From a virus (taxonomy: Duplodnaviria > Caudoviricetes), in the IMG/VR virus record IMGVR_UViG_2609460070_000002, positions 4,587 to 68,586 of that record: a stretch of 64,000 bases of DNA; one strand, given 5' to 3'. The position numbers and the translations under genes were made by a program. The notes beneath the pieces were generated by a model. It saw nothing but the letters and a program-made list of their open reading frames with translations, did not search any database and had not been told where the DNA came from. Below are positions 28,413 through 36,944 of the stretch, piece by piece. Each line of letters opens with the position of its first letter. Position 1 is the first letter of the stretch.

Positions 28413-29989
28413 CACGCGGCTTCCTTGTCGGTTGTCTCCTCAGCCTTGAACATCGATCCGACTGCACTACCGGCGCCCTTGGGCACCAGACCCTCCTCTT
28501 CCTCTTCGAGGAGGTCCGGAACGTCTTCGACATCGATTGAGGAGTAATCGGAGCCTGGATCATTCGCGACACGCTTGCGGGATTCGTCGGGGGCAAGCAC
28601 ACCGGAGTCGATCAGGATCTGGTCAGTCTCTGCCTTCAGCTTCTCGACTTCGGCCTCGCTCTTCTCATCAAGCGAGAACAACGGCTTGAACTGGAAATCG
28701 ATAGTGTCGTCTATCTCGCCCCACAGGGAAAGCATGACGAGACCCATCAGCCGGCGGATCGGGTTGCGGAACAGATGCTCTTGGTAGGCATGGATGTAAT
28801 CGTAGAACACCCGCATCTGATCTTCCGAGGAGGCATTCAGCCCGGCCGGTTGAATACCGAGGAGTTTGACCGTCGGAATATGACTTACCGAGGCCATATG
28901 CTCTTGCGCCTGCGCCTGCAGCCCTTCCAGGCCGGCGAGAGAGGCCGACACATTCTGGAACTCCTCGCTATCCTTGTCGATCATCATGAGCCCGCGGTTA
29001 TCCCGCAGGTTGTTGAACAGTTCAGCCCGTTTGAACAACTGCTGACCATCGGCCTGCAACGATTCGCCAAGGTTCGTGGAAAGCACGAAGACCGAGAAGG
29101 CCGAAATGATATCGTTGACCGACTGACGCGTTTGCAGCCAGTTGTCCACGTATGGCTTGGCCATCTGGGACAGCGAAAGGCCGCCAAACGAATAGGTCGG
29201 CTTCAGAAGGTCCGGAACCTCGCGCCCGATCAACGTGATGAGCCGCGACGAGTGAACAATCTTCGACTGGACATACCAACTGTCAGGCCGGTACCAATTG
29301 TCTTTCAACGGGTCATTCGAATTGTAGCTCGTCGGATAGCACCAGACAGCTTCGACGGTGCGAAGAGACTTGATCGGCGTCTTGCTGATCTTTGTCTTAC
29401 TGAGTTTGTCCCATCCATCGCCGATCGACTGCTGAAGCTCAGCGGTGTCATCCGTATCGCCAGTATCGATGTAGATGTGCCCACGTCCGAAGAACCCATC
29501 TTGCTGGGTGGCCCGGGCAAACATGTCGGAGACCTTCAGCCGCTTGAATTCCGCCTCGATCTCCTTGAGGCGATCTGTCTTCATGTCATCGTCGTCGGCC
29601 GAAGAGGTGAATTCGATCCACTCCCTCGTCATTTCCGTCGCAATGGTCTCGGAGATAACCCGATATTCCGGGCGTTGGGCAAGCTCGCTTAGATAGGCAT
29701 AGCCGAGGAACGTAATGCCTTCGGTCCAAAAACCATTGACGGCGAAACTGTTCGCCCATGCGTTGTTGCCAGCTAGATCGGAATCCATCGCCATACCGGC
29801 ATCTCCGGCCGGCAAGACGCCAGGAGGAGTGGAAGGTATGCTGAACACCGACACCGTACGGACTTCGCTCGGGCGAAATCTAGAGCTTGCTACCGCACCA
29901 TCAGGGACACGGAAGGGCTTGCGCTCTTCGGTCTCAGCCTGTTCGGCGTTGACCTCCTTGCGCCTGAACCAATCACGAATGCCCATCAA
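28412..29989 (-). CDS. Portal protein (DUF1073 family)
   Basis: YLSELAQRPEYR, VH.SRL, IP.VKLLGI.P.GLNAS; follows TerL. Confidence 0.9.
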   Translation of the reverse strand: MMGIRDWFRRKEVNAEQAETEERKPFRVPDGAVASSRFRPSEVRTVSVFSIPSTPPGVLPAGDAGMAMDSDLAGNNAWANSFAVNGFWTEGITFLGYAYLSELAQRPEYRVISETIATEMTREWIEFTSSADDDDMKTDRLKEIEAEFKRLKVSDMFARATQQDGFFGRGHIYIDTGDTDDTAELQQSIGDGWDKLSKTKISKTPIKSLRTVEAVWCYPTSYNSNDPLKDNWYRPDSWYVQSKIVHSSRLITLIGREVPDLLKPTYSFGGLSLSQMAKPYVDNWLQTRQSVNDIISAFSVFVLSTNLGESLQADGQQLFKRAELFNNLRDNRGLMMIDKDSEEFQNVSASLAGLEGLQAQAQEHMASVSHIPTVKLLGIQPAGLNASSEDQMRVFYDYIHAYQEHLFRNPIRRLMGLVMLSLWGEIDDTIDFQFKPLFSLDEKSEAEVEKLKAETDQILIDSGVLAPDESRKRVANDPGSDYSSIDVEDVPDLLEEEEEGLVPKGAGSAVGSMFKAEETTDKEAA

Positions 29990-31483
29990 TTACCTCATCG
30001 CCGATCGGCGCAAAACTTCATCGCTGATGACCAGCGGTTGTTTGATCTTCAGCAGTTGGCCGAAAGCACCCGATGATGCGTCCACCTGGTCCTTCAAGAC
30101 CGCACCTGGGAAGGCGCAGAGCTCATCGATGTAATCTTGGTTCCATCCGTCATGTCTGATCAGATAGACATTGCCGGCAGCGCACTGGGCTGCGTATGGC
30201 TCGGCGCGCGTGAACTTGTCACCACTCTCCGGTTCCGCGATTACTTTGTATCCGGCGAACGCTGCCACGAAGTCCTGAGCCTGCACCTTACCGGCCTGCC
30301 CTGGGTCCTGCGGCAGCGAGATCGTTACCTGCTTGCCATCGACCTCGGCCGTTGTCTTGATGACCTTGCGGACACCGTTTCCGTCCCACCTGTCCTTGAT
30401 GACATGACCGACGACATACCGGCCATCCGGGGTGCGTCCGAGCTTGACGCCGGCTGTGCGGGCGCCTTGACCCTTCTTGGTGGCAGCCAAGTCCCAATGC
30501 CGTACCCAGATGGTGCCAGGAGGCGCGGCATCGATGATCTGGTCGACAAACCATTCCCGCTTGAACAGGCCACCTTCACGCGATGTCGGCCGCTGCTGGT
30601 ACTGACCGGCCCATGAGAAGCTGATGCTTTTCAGTACGTCCACCGCAGTCTGCGGCATACGAATCGGGTCCATCAACTCGCCGTCATAGCTACGAGGATC
30701 CGTCCAGGGCAACGAAGTGGAGCAAGCCCGTTCAGGCTCAAACTCCATCGGGATCATGATGTGGACAAACCCGAGCTGTCTGGCGAGCAACGCCCCTGTC
30801 AGATCGTTTTCATGCAGTCTCTGCATCACGACGACGATAGCCGATGTCTGCTGATCGTTCAGACGGTTTAGACCGCCTTCGAGGAACAGCCTCACAGCTT
30901 CACCACGCTGTTGGTCGCTCTCGGCGCCCTTCAGCGAATGAGGGTCATCGATAACAACCCGGTCGCCTCGTTTACCGGTGATGGATGAGAACGGGACGCC
31001 TTCGCGTGTTCCTCTGTCGCTATTGGCGAACGAGAGTTCCGCCGCCCTCTTCATATTCACTTCGGGCCAGAGCGACTGAAACCACTCGCTCTTGATCAGA
31101 TCACGGGTGTTACGCGTGTCTCGTTTGACGTTCTCCAGTTCGAAGGACGTCGTCAGGAACCGATTGGATCGCTTTCCGCACGGCCCCCATTCCCATGCCT
31201 GCCACAGCACGGAAACAATTCTCGACTTCGAAGAGCCCGGCGGCACATTGATGATGAGCCACGGCGTCAGTGTGCCGTGGGTAATCGCCTCGAGATGGTC
31301 ACACATGCACGCCATGTGCCAGGACCATTTAAGCGGCGTGTTCGGTTCGAGGACTGGCCATGCTTCTTTGACAAAACCAGAGAATGTTCGGCATCTCGCC
31401 CGAATGCGTTCGGCATCCTTGGCGATCCGCTCCCGCTCAGCCTGGGCTGTCCTCCTCGCCCTCTCCGCTCTGATCTCCGCCAT
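29990..31483 (-). CDS. terL: Terminase large subunit
   Basis: INVPPGSSKS Walker A, VVIDDP Walker B, GQYQQRP, WDLA, DQVDA; start approximate. Confidence 0.95.
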   Translation of the reverse strand: MAEIRAERARRTAQAERERIAKDAERIRARCRTFSGFVKEAWPVLEPNTPLKWSWHMACMCDHLEAITHGTLTPWLIINVPPGSSKSRIVSVLWQAWEWGPCGKRSNRFLTTSFELENVKRDTRNTRDLIKSEWFQSLWPEVNMKRAAELSFANSDRGTREGVPFSSITGKRGDRVVIDDPHSLKGAESDQQRGEAVRLFLEGGLNRLNDQQTSAIVVVMQRLHENDLTGALLARQLGFVHIMIPMEFEPERACSTSLPWTDPRSYDGELMDPIRMPQTAVDVLKSISFSWAGQYQQRPTSREGGLFKREWFVDQIIDAAPPGTIWVRHWDLAATKKGQGARTAGVKLGRTPDGRYVVGHVIKDRWDGNGVRKVIKTTAEVDGKQVTISLPQDPGQAGKVQAQDFVAAFAGYKVIAEPESGDKFTRAEPYAAQCAAGNVYLIRHDGWNQDYIDELCAFPGAVLKDQVDASSGAFGQLLKIKQPLVISDEVLRRSAMR

Positions 31484-31910
31484 CGAGGGCAATCGAACCG
31501 AGGATCGCTTCAAGACGGTTGAATTCATCGTCACTCAGCTTTGAGAGGTCAACTGTTTGGATCGGGCCACCGCCCTTGCCGGTATGCTCATTCTTTGTCG
31601 GGGCATAACTGCCCTGCATCTTGTTCGCTTCCGCGATGGCAGCAATGGCCGTACGGCGGTCTTCACTTAGAGAGGCGTCATGGATGCTCTTGAGCGAGAT
31701 AAGCCTGTCAGCGGCCGTCCATTCGGCTTTCTCGGCCACTCTGGACTTGATCTCATCAACTCGGCGTCGAATGTCGTCATTTGTCGTCAGACGTGCTGCA
31801 TTCTTCCGATCCGGCTTATATCCTGCTTCCTCGTATGCCTCGGTTGCGCTCTTACCTTTTGCAACTGCCTGAGCGAACTTCTCGTGTCGAGCGTTTTTCA
31901 GGACTGGCAT
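31437..31910 (-). CDS. terS: Terminase small subunit
   Basis: LKNARHEKFAQ...G.SATEAY..AGY..AARL; EHTG.GGGPIQ. Confidence 0.9.
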   Translation of the reverse strand: MPVLKNARHEKFAQAVAKGKSATEAYEEAGYKPDRKNAARLTTNDDIRRRVDEIKSRVAEKAEWTAADRLISLKSIHDASLSEDRRTAIAAIAEANKMQGSYAPTKNEHTGKGGGPIQTVDLSKLSDDEFNRLEAILGSIALDGGDQSGEGEEDSPG

Positions 31911-31932
31911 GGCCTAACCTTAGGAGGATGAG

Positions 31933-32133
31933 ATGGCAGCGATGTGCCCCAAATGCGAACTGGATGTTCATCACTTCAACTATGAAAACAAAGACGCTCG
32001 AGATGCATTCTCGCTGCAACCAACATATCCGGCGGTGGCCCTGACCTGTGTAAATTGCTCGACCATCCTGGGTGCTGCAATTGACCCAATCTTCTTGCAA
32101 AGTCAGATCCTGAACGCCTTGAAGAAGAAATGA
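31933..32133 (+). CDS. Small zinc-ribbon protein
   Basis: CPKC..CVNC.TILG; AGGAGG RBS. Confidence 0.6.
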   Translation: MAAMCPKCELDVHHFNYENKDARDAFSLQPTYPAVALTCVNCSTILGAAIDPIFLQSQILNALKKK

Positions 32134-32156
32134 CCCGGCTGACCCACTCGGCGCTG

Positions 32157-32342
32157 TTAGAATGAGGCTGGCGAAGACGCCGACTTCCGCGCCACCCTCA
32201 CCAATCGCCGGCAATCCGCAAGCACACCATCGAGAAGAGCGACCGGCACAAGAGCACCGCATGTCTTCGGGTATGGCATACCGCTCTGCCGAAGCTCTGT
32301 TATGAGGTTGTCTACCTCGGATCGTTTCTCGCGTTCGGTCAT
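32157..32342 (-). CDS. Hypothetical protein
   Basis: ATGA-coupled ORF in the late operon. Confidence 0.45.
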   Translation of the reverse strand: MTEREKRSEVDNLITELRQSGMPYPKTCGALVPVALLDGVLADCRRLVRVARKSASSPASF

Positions 32343-32470
32343 GGCCACGTCCTAAATCCGATCCGCCATCCCTTCCCGCTCATCCGGACAGAGACAGGCT
32401 CGCGATATGCCGTCTCAGCTCTGTCCTCTAGCCAGTTGGGGCGAGTGAAGAGCGATAGGAGCCAGTTCAT
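32339..32470 (-). CDS. Small hypothetical protein (43 aa)
   Basis: Manual ORF MNWLLSLFTRP.. ending in ATGA overlap. Confidence 0.35.
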   Translation of the reverse strand: MNWLLSLFTRPNWLEDRAETAYREPVSVRMSGKGWRIGFRTWP

Positions 32471-32477
32471 TATTTTC

Positions 32478-32521
32478 TTTCAAAACAATTCAGGCCGTAG
32501 TATTTGTTTTCGAAACAATTC
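32478..32521. promoter_or_regulatory. Probable operator repeats for the BrnA-like protein
   Basis: TTTC(A/G)AAACAATTC twice at 30-bp spacing; the second overlaps near-palindrome TTGTTTTCGAAACAA. Confidence 0.5.
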
Positions 32522-32532
32522 GCGAGCCATAG

Positions 32533-32760
32533 ATGATCCGAACCAAGCTTATCGAGCCTGTAAGCGTACCGAAGCCTGAAGCCGACAAAGAGCCTTCATC
32601 ACCTCGTGGGCGCGGCAGACCTTCGTCTGGCAAGGAAACGGTCACGCTGCGTGTCAATGCCGATGCTGTGGCGTCCTACAAGGCGCTTGGAGAAGATTGG
32701 CGTGATCATATGGCGGCAGATCTCGCAAGAGCCTCAAAACTCAAAGGAATTACGAAATGA
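32533..32760 (+). CDS. BrnA-antitoxin-like RHH protein
   Basis: RGRP...K..VTLR..AD....K..G..W...M..L matches BrnA C-terminal pattern. Confidence 0.75.
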   Translation: MIRTKLIEPVSVPKPEADKEPSSPRGRGRPSSGKETVTLRVNADAVASYKALGEDWRDHMAADLARASKLKGITK

Positions 32761-33059
32761 CGTCTTTTCCATCGCAGACCTTCGTCACTATGAACATATC
32801 AGAGCCGCCGGACAGATCTGAATTCTGGCGCGATGCTGAATGTGGTTGCCGGCTTATGCAGCCGTCGGACGCCCTCAATTTTTTAAGCAGCCTTTGCCAT
32901 GCAAGAGCTATTTATGAAAATGACCGTGATCGGTGCAATGTGGATTCGGTGGCTAAAGACCTTTTTGAGGAGTGCCTCGCGCGAGGGTATGACGCCGTTC
33001 CCGTTCGCCACATCGAGTTGCGCGGCTCATTCAGTCTTCCATCAGGAGATCAGAAATGA
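32757..33059 (+). CDS. Hypothetical protein (moron cassette)
   Basis: ATGA-coupled to the BrnA-like gene. Confidence 0.6.
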   Translation: MTSFPSQTFVTMNISEPPDRSEFWRDAECGCRLMQPSDALNFLSSLCHARAIYENDRDRCNVDSVAKDLFEECLARGYDAVPVRHIELRGSFSLPSGDQK

Positions 33060-33277
33060 ACCACGCCAGCCCCTTGTTCGCTAATATCCCAACGTTCTCG
33101 CCGCACCCTATCGTTAGGCGCGAAATTTATTTCGACACCCTTGAAGAGTTTGAATTCATCAAAAATGCCGCCGTAAACGCACGCATCATCAATGACGGAT
33201 GGATCGTGGAGAAGTTTGAAAACCGATCCACTCATCCGCACCTTGTATTCGGCAGTGCAATCTCTCGAAAACTTTAA
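33056..33277 (+). CDS. Hypothetical protein (moron cassette)
   Basis: GGAG RBS, ATGA overlap. Confidence 0.6.
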   Translation: MNHASPLFANIPTFSPHPIVRREIYFDTLEEFEFIKNAAVNARIINDGWIVEKFENRSTHPHLVFGSAISRKL

Positions 33278-33289
33278 AGGAGATCGGAA

Positions 33290-33478
33290 ATGACAGAATC
33301 AAATCCGTTCTACGTTTTACTGACGCTTACTGGCGAAGACCTAGACCGCGTTGTCGAGCAAATGTTTGGCTTTATCCGAGCAGACGGCGAAAGCGATGCT
33401 ACCTTCCGCAGCCGCATATTGACATTTTTAAAGCCACCAGCCGACTCATCCGATCGTGAAACGATGACGTTGAACTAA
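33290..33478 (+). CDS. Hypothetical protein with TG.DLD...FG..R..GESD..FR.RI motif
   Basis: AGGAG RBS; motif resembles a segment of baseplate wedge proteins. Confidence 0.55.
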   Translation: MTESNPFYVLLTLTGEDLDRVVEQMFGFIRADGESDATFRSRILTFLKPPADSSDRETMTLN

Positions 33479-33741
33479 CACCGATTCCTCACACCCTCAT
33501 CCCCAACGATAAGCGTAGTTCTGTCTCTTGCCGTCAGAACCCACCAGACGCGCTTGGGCTTACCGGGATGGGCGAAGCACGGCGGAACGTCTGAAACCGC
33601 GTCTATGGCCTTCTGTGGGGTCGGGAAGGCCATATCTGGCTTTGTCGGAACCTGTTTGGCGTATCCCATGGCGACGAGGACGAGATAGATGCTGAAGGCA
33701 ACGCCGATCGGAGCCGATACGAGGAAGAGCCGACGGAGCAT
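33475..33741 (-). CDS. Membrane-anchored hypothetical protein
   Basis: N-terminal TM segment. Confidence 0.55.
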   Translation of the reverse strand: MLRRLFLVSAPIGVAFSIYLVLVAMGYAKQVPTKPDMAFPTPQKAIDAVSDVPPCFAHPGKPKRVWWVLTARDRTTLIVGDEGVRNRC

Positions 33742-33742
33742 G

Positions 33743-34009
33743 TCAGAGCATCACGCCGTGAGATGGAACTATAGGAACGTCAGCACTGTTGCCTGTTGGG
33801 ACGAAACCACCGCCATGGGTATGATTCCAGAGAAAGACAGGTTCCTTTGGTGGAACATATCGAAGGCTTGACGGAAGCCCCTTCGCGTAGTCCGGTCTCG
33901 GCTCCATCCGCACCTTCCCGATCCTGCAATGCCGAAACGCATGATTGACCGCATTGGCGATCGTTTTATCCTGCTCGGCGCGGGTATAGGGAATGGTGTG
34001 GCTCATCAT
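33743..34009 (-). CDS. Hypothetical protein
   Basis: GAGGA RBS; operon context. Confidence 0.55.
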   Translation of the reverse strand: MMSHTIPYTRAEQDKTIANAVNHAFRHCRIGKVRMEPRPDYAKGLPSSLRYVPPKEPVFLWNHTHGGGFVPTGNSADVPIVPSHGVML

Positions 34010-34013
34010 ATCC

Positions 34014-34223
34014 TCAATGCCGCGTAAGCAGCGTCATATCCCGGTTGATGGCGAAATTGATCAGAGGAACCAGACCGGATCGAGAGCCGATCAGCGCCTC
34101 TCCATCCCCGTTGCGGAGAAAGCAGACACGCTCGCCGTCGATGATCTCGGTCGCGATGTAGCCAATGCCTGGCATGTGGTCGAACCAGTCGCAGGCTTGC
34201 TCACGCTCCGCAGCGGTGCTCAT
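34014..34223 (-). CDS. Hypothetical protein
   Basis: Operon context. Confidence 0.5.
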   Translation of the reverse strand: MSTAAEREQACDWFDHMPGIGYIATEIIDGERVCFLRNGDGEALIGSRSGLVPLINFAINRDMTLLTRH

Positions 34224-34230
34224 GAAACTT

Positions 34231-34383
34231 CTATCCAGCAAAGTGATGAAGGAGGGCCGCTCCCCCGAGGCCTACGAGGCCACAGAATGTCACGATGAGG
34301 GTTTGAACCGAGAGATATTCCCAGATGTTGTCACACCAGATTTCATGCTTGATAACGCCGACACGTTTTATATGAAGGGCCAT
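34231..34383 (-). CDS. Small membrane protein (50 aa)
   Basis: Manual ORF MALHIKRV.. with GGAGAG RBS and C-terminal TM segment. Confidence 0.45.
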   Translation of the reverse strand: MALHIKRVGVIKHEIWCDNIWEYLSVQTLIVTFCGLVGLGGAALLHHFAG

Positions 34384-34437
34384 CACTCTCTCCAAATGAA
34401 AAGCCCGACCAGCAGTTATGCCGATCGGGCTGAAAGA

Positions 34438-34665
34438 TTAGGCGGCCGGTACGAACGGCAGAAGATATTCGCCGCCGACATTGAAGGCCCGCGCGGCTTC
34501 GGGATTGATCGTTCCAAGCTCAAGCTTGCCCCAAGGGGTGTACTTGAAGAACTGATCGTTCTCCGGGCTGCCGGATGTGACTGGCTCGAACGTCAGCGTG
34601 AAGCCGGCCTGATTTTCGACGCGGCTGACCAGTTTAAACTTTGCAGTGCAGATGGGTGCGCTCAT
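34438..34665 (-). CDS. Conserved small phage protein
   Basis: AKF..PV..GS.EN..FFKYTP.G.LELG..NP.A..F..G.EY. Confidence 0.75.
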   Translation of the reverse strand: MSAPICTAKFKLVSRVENQAGFTLTFEPVTSGSPENDQFFKYTPWGKLELGTINPEAARAFNVGGEYLLPFVPAA

Positions 34666-34901
34666 GCGCTTTCTCCTTTTTTAGCTCGGGAACCGCCGAG
34701 CGCGGATGGTGCTGGCCCTAGGTCGCGGCGATCAACGTAGCGACCATTCTCGATCGTGACAGAACGCATCGCGCACGGGCAGACTGGTTGGCCGTTCTGC
34801 GGGCCAATGCAGTTGCAAGCGTGAGTGCCGGCACCAATTTCATGGTCACCTTCAAGAGCTGCTTGGCGCATGAACCAATCTTTGGCGATGTTCATTTGCA
34901 T
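34662..34901 (-). CDS. Small Cys-rich protein
   Basis: ACNCIGPQNGQPVCPCAMR; GGAGAG RBS. Confidence 0.65.
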   Translation of the reverse strand: MQMNIAKDWFMRQAALEGDHEIGAGTHACNCIGPQNGQPVCPCAMRSVTIENGRYVDRRDLGPAPSALGGSRAKKGESA

Positions 34902-35051
34902 GGCTCTCTCCAAATAGAAAACTCACCGCCCGGCCTGAAACTATAATCTGGCTTGGCCGAGTTATAGCAAAGCGGTCGTTTGGTATAACAACTGCGGAGG
35001 GGTGTTGATTTCTTCGCCCTCGAATGAGGAAGCAGAAATGAACATCGGGAA

Positions 35052-35080
35052 TAAAGAGCCGGGACTTTGCCCAGCTCTTC
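35052..35080 (-). terminator. Hairpin/terminator after secreted protein gene
   Basis: AAGAGCTGGG-CAAAGT-CCCGGCTCTT followed by TATT. Confidence 0.5.
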
Positions 35081-35104
35081 GATATGGTCTTTCAGCTATT
35101 GGCG

Positions 35105-35416
35105 TCAGCCAGCGATGTCGGGGTCGATATGCTGGTAGACATTGACGGGCGCAGACGTGCTGGCAAGAGAGAGGCTGCCGGCGAAGATCGAACTTCGGCC
35201 GCCACCGTTGCCTTCGATCGCCGGCATAACACTCGGCAGCATAGCGACATCTTCCTGGACGACAGCAATGGCCGGCGCGGGGCATTCCTTGGCCGTCAGC
35301 GGCTGGATGATCGCATGAACCTCCATCGGAACTGCGGCGGATGCCGGCATTGCTGCGCATAGACCGACCGCCATCATGGCGAGGCCAACGCAGAGGATAC
35401 TTCGAACGAAGCGCAT
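35105..35416 (-). CDS. Small exported protein
   Basis: Signal peptide MRFVRSILCVGL..ASA; AAGGA RBS. Confidence 0.65.
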   Translation of the reverse strand: MRFVRSILCVGLAMMAVGLCAAMPASAAVPMEVHAIIQPLTAKECPAPAIAVVQEDVAMLPSVMPAIEGNGGGRSSIFAGSLSLASTSAPVNVYQHIDPDIAG

Positions 35417-35440
35417 GCTGTTTCCTTTCGGTTGGTGGAC

Positions 35441-35476
35441 AAAGAAAAACCCGCCGACCGGTGAAGGTGGCGGGTT
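35441..35476 (-). terminator. Intrinsic terminator after tRNA
   Basis: AACCCGCC...GGCGGGTT followed by TTTCTTT. Confidence 0.75.
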
Positions 35477-35479
35477 CGT

Positions 35480-35554
35480 TGGTTGCAGGCTCCGGAGTTG
35501 AACCGGATCTTTCGCGGTTATGAGCCGCGCGGCTTACCGTTTGCCCTGCCTGCG
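35480..35554 (-). tRNA. tRNA with CAT anticodon (Met, initiator-like, atypical)
   Basis: Cloverleaf: acceptor CGCAGGC/GCCTGCA, anticodon arm CGCGG-CTCATAA-CCGCG, T arm TCCGG-TTCAACT-CCGGA, encoded ACCA end. Confidence 0.88.
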
Positions 35555-35560
35555 TTATCT

Positions 35561-36232
35561 CTATGCCGCTTCGCGCTTGCGCTTTTCAGCGTCCCGTTGC
35601 CGGCGGCGTTCGTTCTGCAGTTCTGCCCATTCAAAGTTTTGAAGCCCACGGTCGAAATCGCAGGCCATCGGCCTTGCGTCAGGTGCTCTCCAATAAGTGG
35701 GCGCGTCATTCGTGATGTTGACGTCTTTATCGCCGATTTCGACGGTATGTTGCAAGCTGGCAGATATACCAATTTCGTTATGTTGCGACGCGCTACAATT
35801 CAAAACGGTGAATATTTCAATGATTGCTCGATTTTTTCTCTCAAGAGCATAGTTCCTGCTGAATCGAACCGTATTGTCGGATACGTCTCTGAACCCCTCC
35901 CGGCACCACTTGCTGAAGGACTTCCCTCCTGCCTTGGCAATCGCCCAATGCCAAAGGCAATGACGATCCCGTGACTTACTGACGAGAACGATCAGTGCAT
36001 TTGCCAATTCCCATTTGGTTACATCAGAGGTGCGGATACGCGTTGTCTTATGAGAGAGGAAGTCGGCGCGCTCCTCGGCATATCTCTCAGCGCCCCACCC
36101 ATTCACATCAGCTTGTGAATGGTAGTACTGGATAGCCTGGGCCTTCAAACGCGCTGGGCGAGCCGTGTCTGGAAGACGGCGATCTGTTTCGGCGGCTTGG
36201 ATGAACAACTCTTCAATCTGGTCACGGGTCAT
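35561..36232 (-). CDS. Conserved phage protein, possible late transcription regulator
   Basis: Last gene of the replication operon (Q-like position); F.QAAET.RRLP motif. Confidence 0.55.
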   Translation of the reverse strand: MTRDQIEELFIQAAETDRRLPDTARPARLKAQAIQYYHSQADVNGWGAERYAEERADFLSHKTTRIRTSDVTKWELANALIVLVSKSRDRHCLWHWAIAKAGGKSFSKWCREGFRDVSDNTVRFSRNYALERKNRAIIEIFTVLNCSASQHNEIGISASLQHTVEIGDKDVNITNDAPTYWRAPDARPMACDFDRGLQNFEWAELQNERRRQRDAEKRKREAA

Positions 36233-36684
36233 GCTGCGCTCCTGCGGTCATCCAAAAGGTCGGGTTGAACTGCCAGATCGCCGAAGCGGCGACGAAGCCT
36301 CTCATAGCACATACCGGCTAGGGCATGGCGTTTTGATATGATCCCCTCAAGGTCGAGACACCAGAATTCGAGCCATCCGAGGGGAATGGCATCCCAGAAC
36401 TGGAACCACGCCTCTATGTCGTTTTCGAGCAGATCGGGAAAGTTCTTCTTGGCGGCGCGGACGACATCGCTCACACACCATAGCGTGGTCTCATCAATCG
36501 TGCCTTTTGAATTGGAGGTGTCAGCTAGCGTCATGACGACAAACCGCGCGTGCGGTTCTCCATGGCGTTTGATGATGCGCTCAAGTGTCACGATGGCCCG
36601 CGTCTGTCCAACGGCTGGCGCTACGTTCGCCGCAACGACCGTTATACCGAATTCACTGAACAAGGCACGGGCGCGTTCCGTCAT
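36229..36684 (-). CDS. Conserved hypothetical protein
   Basis: ATGA-coupled at both ends. Confidence 0.7.
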   Translation of the reverse strand: MTERARALFSEFGITVVAANVAPAVGQTRAIVTLERIIKRHGEPHARFVVMTLADTSNSKGTIDETTLWCVSDVVRAAKKNFPDLLENDIEAWFQFWDAIPLGWLEFWCLDLEGIISKRHALAGMCYERLRRRFGDLAVQPDLLDDRRSAA

Positions 36685-36944
36685 ATCCCTGCCGCCCCTT
36701 CAATTGCCTGCTTCTTTGCCGTCAACCACAACCGATCATCGATTTCAAAGATGCGCTCTCTTTTCTGCATCACGGCGCGCTTTAGCAATCGTCTCATCTT
36801 CGACCGGCGCCGCTTTATCGTTTTTGACACGAGGCGCCAGTGATCGGCACAAAGCCATTCATCCCCCTCTTTCAGAGGAGCGCCTTTACGGTCACCGCGT
36901 GTTCGGCGGCAGAATGGGACGCAGCATGATAGGCGATATGTCAT
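36681..36944 (-). CDS. Small Zn-binding hypothetical protein
   Basis: CCVPFCRRT..EW.C..HW. Confidence 0.65.
   Translation of the reverse strand: MTYRLSCCVPFCRRTRGDRKGAPLKEGDEWLCADHWRLVSKTIKRRRSKMRRLLKRAVMQKRERIFEIDDRLWLTAKKQAIEGAAGI

Noticed and set aside
28412-29989. Anti-CBASS Acb1 label sometimes given to DUF1073 proteins
   Set aside because: Size and position fit a plain portal; no extra 2H phosphoesterase domain is evident.
32350-32460. Long hairpin as ncRNA
   Set aside because: Better explained by a 43-aa minus-strand ORF coupled to the next gene; not fully excluded.
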